The notes below the pieces were generated by a model. That model did no database searches, was not told the origin of the DNA, and saw only the letters and a program-made list of their open reading frames with translations. DNA of 64,000 nt from an uncultured Bacilli bacterium. Lineage in GTDB: Bacteria; Bacillota_I; Bacilli_A; RF39; UBA660. Positions 58,719 to 64,000 of the stretch are shown here, piece by piece. The DNA lies in NCBI GenBank assembly GCA_934096705.1, contig CAKOMR010000001.1:53364-117363 (forward strand), read 5' to 3'. The number at the start of each line of letters is the position of its first letter. Position 1 is the stretch's first letter. Position numbers and translations under genes: made by a program.

Positions 58719-59321
58719 ATGGTTATTGGAAAAAGTAATGTAAATCGAAGAATATTACGTCAAGTATGTACTATTGCTTATGATTATAGTTCATATTTTT
58801 GTAAAACAAATTTACTTGCACGTATTTCTCAAAAAGAGATGCTGTATGAAAAGGATAATTATGTACTAAAAAAATTAGATCCTAATTATCTTTTTGTTTG
58901 TGATATGAAAAGAAAATTAAGCGAAGGTGAGCTTGTTGCTCTTTTTGCTGATAGTGGAAGAATTATTGCATTTACTATATTTTCTTATGAAGATGGAATA
59001 TTATCTATGTCTGATATCATGGTAAGAAATTTTGAGGGTTTCGAAGAAAAATCAAATTATGTATTAAGAAATATTTATAATTTGTTTTTAAAATGCGCTA
59101 GTGATGAAGCATTATGTATGAGCCCATCAATTATTGATGCTGATTTTACTTATTTAACTGATTCATTAGAAAGCGTTTTATTTCTCGACGATTATCAAAA
59201 CGTTGGTTCATCTTATAGAAAAATTATCATTAATAAATTAGAAAACTTAAGTGAAAAAGAAAGGAAGGGCATTATTTTTATAGATAGTTATGGAAGGAAT
59301 CGTATTAATAAACAAAGATAA
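58719..59321 (+). CDS. Hypothetical protein between rbfA and truB
   Basis: ORF with an RBS-like GGGGG upstream and no recognised motifs. Confidence 0.35.
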   Translation: MVIGKSNVNRRILRQVCTIAYDYSSYFCKTNLLARISQKEMLYEKDNYVLKKLDPNYLFVCDMKRKLSEGELVALFADSGRIIAFTIFSYEDGILSMSDIMVRNFEGFEEKSNYVLRNIYNLFLKCASDEALCMSPSIIDADFTYLTDSLESVLFLDDYQNVGSSYRKIIINKLENLSEKERKGIIFIDSYGRNRINKQR

Positions 59322-60129
59322 AAATAAAACTAGTAGAGATGTAGTTAATGAATTAACTCATATTTTTGGTACAAAAAAAATTGGTCATACAGGAACTTTA
59401 GATCCTATTGCTACAGGTGTTTTAGTAGTATGTATAGGAAAATATACAAAACTTGTTAATACTTTAGTAAGTCTTAAAAAAGAGTATATTGCTACAATTA
59501 AGCTTGGAATTAAAACAGATACCTTAGATATTACAGGAAATGTTTTAGAAAAGCGTGAATGTAAAGTAGAAAAAGAAAAACTTTTAAATGAATTTAAATC
59601 ATTAATCGGAGAGTTTAAACAAACTGTACCAATTTATTCTGCGAAAAAAGTTAATGGCAAAAAACTATATGAATATGCAAGAAATAATGAAAGTGTTGTA
59701 CTTCCTGAAAATATAGTTAATATTTATAACCTAGAACTTTTAGAGTATAAAGATGATGAAATTAAAATAAAATGTAATGTATCAAAAGGCACATATATAA
59801 GAAGCTTGATTCAAAAAATATGTGATGATTTAAATGTTATTGGTACTATGAGCGATTTAGTTAGAACTAAGCAAGGTATTTACGATATAAGTGAAAGTTA
59901 TACTGTTGAAGAAATAAAAAATGGTAATTTTAAAATACTAAAAGCTAAAGATATTTTAAATTATAAAAATTACAATTTAACTGATGAAGAATACCAAAGA
60001 GTAAAAAATGGTAATCATATAAAAGTTAAGCTTAACGATGAAAATTTAATATTATTATATGATAATAAAGAAATAGCTATTTACAAAAAAAAGGATGATA
60101 TTTACATTCCAAGTATTATGTTAATCTAA
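59290..60129 (+). CDS. truB: tRNA pseudouridine-55 synthase TruB
   Basis: GIVLINKDKNKTSRDVVN...GHTGTLDPIATGVLVVCIG. Confidence 0.85.
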   Translation: MEGIVLINKDKNKTSRDVVNELTHIFGTKKIGHTGTLDPIATGVLVVCIGKYTKLVNTLVSLKKEYIATIKLGIKTDTLDITGNVLEKRECKVEKEKLLNEFKSLIGEFKQTVPIYSAKKVNGKKLYEYARNNESVVLPENIVNIYNLELLEYKDDEIKIKCNVSKGTYIRSLIQKICDDLNVIGTMSDLVRTKQGIYDISESYTVEEIKNGNFKILKAKDILNYKNYNLTDEEYQRVKNGNHIKVKLNDENLILLYDNKEIAIYKKKDDIYIPSIMLI

Positions 60130-60178
60130 AATATTGCAATTTAATTTTTAACATGTTAAAATTAAAGAGAATAAAGAG

Positions 60179-61063
60179 GTGTTTATAGTGAAAGACTTTA
60201 TTATAAATTTATACGCAAATAAGTATTTTCCTATTTATTTAGGAGTAGTAATTGTTGTTTTACTTATTGCGTTTTTTGTTGTCTTCTTTTTAGGCAAAAA
60301 GGACCAAAAGAAAATCGAGGAAACTCAAAGATTAAATGCTGAAGCAATTAAAAAGGCAAGTGAAAATGGTAGTGCTCCGGTTAAAGAAACTATTCCGGTA
60401 GCTGAAAAACCAATTACTCCAGCACCTCAAGTTAAACCTGCTATACTTCCTAATACTCCAGTGCAGCCTAATACCGTTACTAAGGCAGTTCAAAATGCTC
60501 CAGTAACGCCAATGGCTATGCCAAAAGCTGAGCAAGCACCAAAAGTTACTATTACTCCAACTATGCCAACAGTAAATTCTGTAAAAATAAATGAAGTAAA
60601 ACCAGCTCCAGTAGTAAATGAAACTATAAATAATATTCAGAAAAGTGCTCCTATAGTGGAACCTACTAAAGTTGAACCTATTAAACCTGCACCAGTACAA
60701 AAGGAAATAAAGCCAATAATTTCTGAACCGATTAAAATAAATGAAATACCAAAAACTGAAAATAAAATATCTAACGAGGAAACATACCATGTTAAAGAAG
60801 TAGATAAATTTAAAAGTCTTGCTTCTTCAATTGATAAAGATTTAACTGAACTTGAAAATATGAAACAAACTATAAATACTATTCCTAATAATGAAGTAGC
60901 AAATAATATTGCTAATACAAAAGTTGTTAATAATATTTATAGCTCAGTATATGTTCCTAAAAAGGAAGAACCTATTAAAGAGGAAAAACCTATTGAAGAA
61001 GACGATTTTGATTTTGAAGAAACAATGAATATTGAACTTCCTAAATTAAAAGATGATAAATAA
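60179..61063 (+). CDS. Membrane-anchored proline-rich low-complexity protein
   Basis: N-terminal TM, PAP/PVxxP repeats, acidic C-terminus. Confidence 0.4.
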   Translation: MFIVKDFIINLYANKYFPIYLGVVIVVLLIAFFVVFFLGKKDQKKIEETQRLNAEAIKKASENGSAPVKETIPVAEKPITPAPQVKPAILPNTPVQPNTVTKAVQNAPVTPMAMPKAEQAPKVTITPTMPTVNSVKINEVKPAPVVNETINNIQKSAPIVEPTKVEPIKPAPVQKEIKPIISEPIKINEIPKTENKISNEETYHVKEVDKFKSLASSIDKDLTELENMKQTINTIPNNEVANNIANTKVVNNIYSSVYVPKKEEPIKEEKPIEEDDFDFEETMNIELPKLKDDK

Positions 61064-61064
61064 T

Positions 61065-61088
61065 GTACCTAAAAGGTACTTTTTATTT
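61065..61088 (+). terminator. Rho-independent terminator
   Basis: gtacctaaaaggtac hairpin followed by ttttattt. Confidence 0.55.
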
Positions 61089-61165
61089 GACATAAAAAAG
61101 TAAATATATGTCAACTATCATTGCCAAAAGTTTAATTTTTCATTATAATATTTTAAGGTGATGGT

Positions 61166-63070
61166 ATGGCTAAATATGATGAATCATCTATAAAAATTCT
61201 TGAAGGACTTGAAGCCGTTAGAAAAAGACCTGGTATGTATATTGGGTCAACAGATAAACGAGGGCTTCATCATTTAGTTTGGGAAATTGTTGATAATGCA
61301 ATAGATGAAGTTATAAATGGATATGGCAATTATATAAAAATAATAATTAACAAGGATAACTCTATTACTGTAGCGGATAATGGACGTGGTGTTCCTATTG
61401 GTATGCATGCGTCTGGTAAAAGTACTCCAGAGGTTATTTATACAATACTTCATGCAGGAGGAAAATTTACTGAAGATGGCTACAAAGTTTCCGGAGGTCT
61501 TCATGGTGTTGGCGCTTCAGTTGTTAATGCTTTAAGTAAGCAAATGACTGTTGTTATTTATCGTGATGGAAAAATAAGCCAAATTGATTTTGAAAATGGA
61601 GGAAAAGTAAAAAATTCTTTAAGAACTATTGGAGAAAGTAAAAAGACTGGTACTATTGTTAAATTTAAACCAGATGATGAGATATTTAAAAATCTTCAAT
61701 TTTCATATACAACAATATGTGAAAGAATGCAAGAAAGTGCCTTTTTACTTCCTGGTCTAACTATCGAAGTAATTGATGAAGCAGATGAAAAAGAAGTTAA
61801 ATATCATTATGATAATGGACTTACAAGTTTCGTAGAATATATTAATGAAGATAAAACCCCTCTTCATAAAGTTATTAATTATAATGGCGTAAAAGGTGGA
61901 ATTGATGTAAATATTGCTCTTCAGTATACTGATACATACCAAGAAACTATTTTATCATTTGTTAATAACGTTAAAACTAGTGATGGAGGAAGCCATGAAG
62001 TAGGTTTTAAAACGGGTATAACTAAAGCATTTAATGATTATGCAAAAAATAATGGTATTTTCAAAGGTAAAGATTATTCTCTTGATGGTGCTGATGTAAG
62101 GGAAGGATTAACTGCAGTAATAAGTTTAAAAATTCCGGAAGAGTTACTCCAATTCGAAGGACAAACGAAAGGAAAACTTGGAACTCCTGAAGCAAGAAGT
62201 ATTACTGAAAGTATAACTTATGATAGTTTGAAATTTTATCTTGAGGAAAATAAAGAAGTAGCCTTAAATATTTTAGAAAAGGCTATGAAAAGTAAAACTG
62301 CAAGAGAGGCTGCTAGAAAAGCAAGGGAAGAAGCTAGAAACGGAAAAAATAAAAATAAGATAGAAAAGAATTTGTCTGGAAAACTTGCTCCAGCGCAAAG
62401 TAAAAATCCTAAAATTAATGAATTATTTTTAGTAGAAGGAAATTCTGCTGGTGGTAGTGCAAAAGGTGGAAGAGACCGTAAATTTCAAGCAATTTTACCT
62501 TTAAGAGGTAAAGTTATTAATGCTGATAAAGCTGCAAGCGAAGAACTTTTTAAAAACGAAGAAATTAATACTTTAATATATACAATTGGAGCTGGCTATG
62601 GTCAAAATTTTGATATAACAGAATCAAATTATGATAAAGTAATTATAATGACCGATGCCGATGTCGATGGAGCTCATATTCAAATACTTCTTTTAACGTT
62701 TTTCTATCGCTACATGAGACCACTTATTGAAACTGGACATTTATATATAGCAATGCCTCCATTATATAAACTTGATTATAGTAAAAAAAGATTTTATGCT
62801 TATACTGATGAAGAATTAAATGAAATAAAAAGAGAAAATTCTGGTAAATACTCTATTCAAAGATATAAAGGTTTAGGTGAAATGAATCCAGAACAACTTT
62901 GGGAAACTACTATGAACCCAGAAACAAGAATGCTTATTAGAGTAAATATTACTGATGCTGCTTTAGCAGAAAAAAGAGTAAGTACACTTATGGGAGATAA
63001 AGTTGAACCAAGAAAAGAATGGATTAATGAAAATGTTGTATTTACTATGGAAGATGATTATAGGGGATAA
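61166..63070 (+). CDS. parE: DNA topoisomerase IV subunit B
   Basis: GHKL ATPase motifs and a TOPRIM domain. ParE is preferred over GyrB because of the short N-terminus and the ParC-type gene immediately downstream. Confidence 0.8.
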   Translation: MAKYDESSIKILEGLEAVRKRPGMYIGSTDKRGLHHLVWEIVDNAIDEVINGYGNYIKIIINKDNSITVADNGRGVPIGMHASGKSTPEVIYTILHAGGKFTEDGYKVSGGLHGVGASVVNALSKQMTVVIYRDGKISQIDFENGGKVKNSLRTIGESKKTGTIVKFKPDDEIFKNLQFSYTTICERMQESAFLLPGLTIEVIDEADEKEVKYHYDNGLTSFVEYINEDKTPLHKVINYNGVKGGIDVNIALQYTDTYQETILSFVNNVKTSDGGSHEVGFKTGITKAFNDYAKNNGIFKGKDYSLDGADVREGLTAVISLKIPEELLQFEGQTKGKLGTPEARSITESITYDSLKFYLEENKEVALNILEKAMKSKTAREAARKAREEARNGKNKNKIEKNLSGKLAPAQSKNPKINELFLVEGNSAGGSAKGGRDRKFQAILPLRGKVINADKAASEELFKNEEINTLIYTIGAGYGQNFDITESNYDKVIIMTDADVDGAHIQILLLTFFYRYMRPLIETGHLYIAMPPLYKLDYSKKRFYAYTDEELNEIKRENSGKYSIQRYKGLGEMNPEQLWETTMNPETRMLIRVNITDAALAEKRVSTLMGDKVEPRKEWINENVVFTMEDDYRG

Positions 63071-63072
63071 TT

Positions 63073-64000
63073 ATGGAAAATGAAATATTAAAAAGAATCC
63101 AAGACTATGCACTCGAAGAAATAATGGGTGATCGTTTTGGTAAATATGCAAAAGAAATAATTTTAGATAGAGCAATTCCCGACGTAAGAGATGGTTTAAA
63201 ACCTGTTCAAAGAAGAATACTTTATGCAATGTATAAAGCGGGTAATACCTCTGATAAAGGGTATATTAAATGTGCAGCTACAGTTGGAGATGTTTTAGGA
63301 AAATTCCATCCACATGGTGACTCATCAGTCTATGATGCAATGGTAAGAATGAGCCAGTGGTGGAAGCAAAATCATATTTTAGTAGATATTCATGGTAATA
63401 ATGGTTCTATTGATGGAGATGGTCCTGCAGCATATCGTTATACTGAGGCAAGACTTGCCAAAATAAGTAATGAACTTTTGGGTGATTTAGATAAAGAAAC
63501 AATATCATGGGCACCAAATTTTGATGATCGTTTTCTAGAACCAACAGTTCTTCCAGCAAAATTTCCAAACTTACTTGTTAATGGTACAAATGGTATTTCT
63601 GCGGGATATGCTACAAATATTCCTCCACATAATTTAGGAGAAATTATTGATGCCACAATAAAAAGAATTGAAAATCCTAATTGCCGTAATGAGACTATAT
63701 TTGAAATAGTTAAAGGCCCAGATTTTCCAACTGGAGGAATAGTTGAGGGAAAGCAAGGCATTTATGATGCTTTTACAAAAGGTAGAGGCAAAGTAATTGT
63801 ACGCGCCAAAACTGAATTTAAAAAAGAAAAAGGTAAGGAGCAAATTATAGTAACTGAAATACCTTTCGAAGTTAATAAAGCTTTACTTGTTTCGAAAATT
63901 GATGCTATAAGAATTGATAAAAAAATCGAAGGCATAAGCGAAGTTAGAGATGAAACAGATAGGGAAGGCTTAAGAATTGCTATTGATTTAAAAAATGGAG
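63073..64000 (+). CDS. parC: DNA topoisomerase IV subunit A, 3' partial (runs off the window end)
   Basis: [60 protein letters not shown]. Not in the ORF track because no stop codon falls in the window. Confidence 0.85.
   Translation, partial: MENEILKRIQDYALEEIMGDRFGKYAKEIILDRAIPDVRDGLKPVQRRILYAMYKAGNTSDKGYIKCAATVGDVLGKFHPHGDSSVYDAMVRMSQWWKQNHILVDIHGNNGSIDGDGPAAYRYTEARLAKISNELLGDLDKETISWAPNFDDRFLEPTVLPAKFPNLLVNGTNGISAGYATNIPPHNLGEIIDATIKRIENPNCRNETIFEIVKGPDFPTGGIVEGKQGIYDAFTKGRGKVIVRAKTEFKKEKGKEQIIVTEIPFEVNKALLVSKIDAIRIDKKIEGISEVRDETDREGLRIAIDLKNG

Noticed and set aside
60332-60790. 152-aa minus-strand ORF rich in Trp, Phe and Tyr
   Set aside because: It is an antisense reading of the proline-rich repeat gene (CCA/CCT codons read as TGG/AGG). 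It is spurious.
61166-64000. gyrB-gyrA assignment for the terminal topoisomerase gene pair
   Set aside because: The downstream subunit matches ParC-specific motifs (GNTSDK, SQWWK-like, short N-terminus without the GyrA leader). The pair is therefore called parE-parC. dnaA/dnaN/recF context is also absent.
1-64000. Alternative (Mycoplasma/Spiroplasma-type UGA=Trp) genetic code, suggested by the very low GC content
   Set aside because: Long uninterrupted ORFs for conserved proteins (infB, parE, tkt, prkC) are obtained with the standard code, and sporulation genes are present.
1-64000. Reverse transcriptase, Avd, integrase, transposase or invertase genes that would complete the DGR or inverton loci
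   Set aside because: All ORFs of 60 aa or more on both strands were inspected. None carries RT (YxDD), recombinase or transposase signatures. Their absence is reported in the findings, not papered over.

Overview
This is AT-rich (about 27-28% GC) chromosomal DNA from a spore-forming low-GC Firmicute. It uses the standard genetic code, since the ORFs are long and uninterrupted. Most of the window is a conserved core backbone on the + strand. The conserved blocks are rpsP-KH, fmt-rlmN-prpC-prkC-rsgA-rpe, lexA<>tkt-yneF, folD-glyA-thyX-tmk, lspA-rluD-rhomboid, ruvA-ruvB, sigG, rimP-nusA-ylxR-infB-rbfA-truB, and parE-parC. There are five tRNAs (Val, Thr, Tyr, Gln, Lys) and many sporulation genes (cotE, sigK, sigG, cotJA/B-cotJC, sirA-like, ylmC). 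A family of large secreted or surface proteins is interspersed through this backbone. Two loci stand out. First, the 3' end of the 730-aa surface-protein gene (VR about 53450-53575) is repeated 220 bp downstream as an AAC-rich copy (TR about 53799-53918). The two copies differ almost only at adenines of the downstream copy, which is the signature of a diversity-generating retroelement; no reverse transcriptase or Avd is visible in the window. Second, a 291-bp promoter-containing segment directly upstream of a paralogous 741-aa surface-protein gene is flanked by perfect 28-bp inverted repeats (23717-23744 / 24036-24063). This is a candidate phase-variation inverton. Other notable points are an adjacent dockerin and putative cohesin-like anchor pair, a serpin, an amidoligase-domain protein, a secreted protein with a dedicated ABC transporter, a small membrane-protein ORF divergent from lexA, a truncated rimP, and nucleotide-metabolism genes inserted in the ruvAB and nusA-infB operons.
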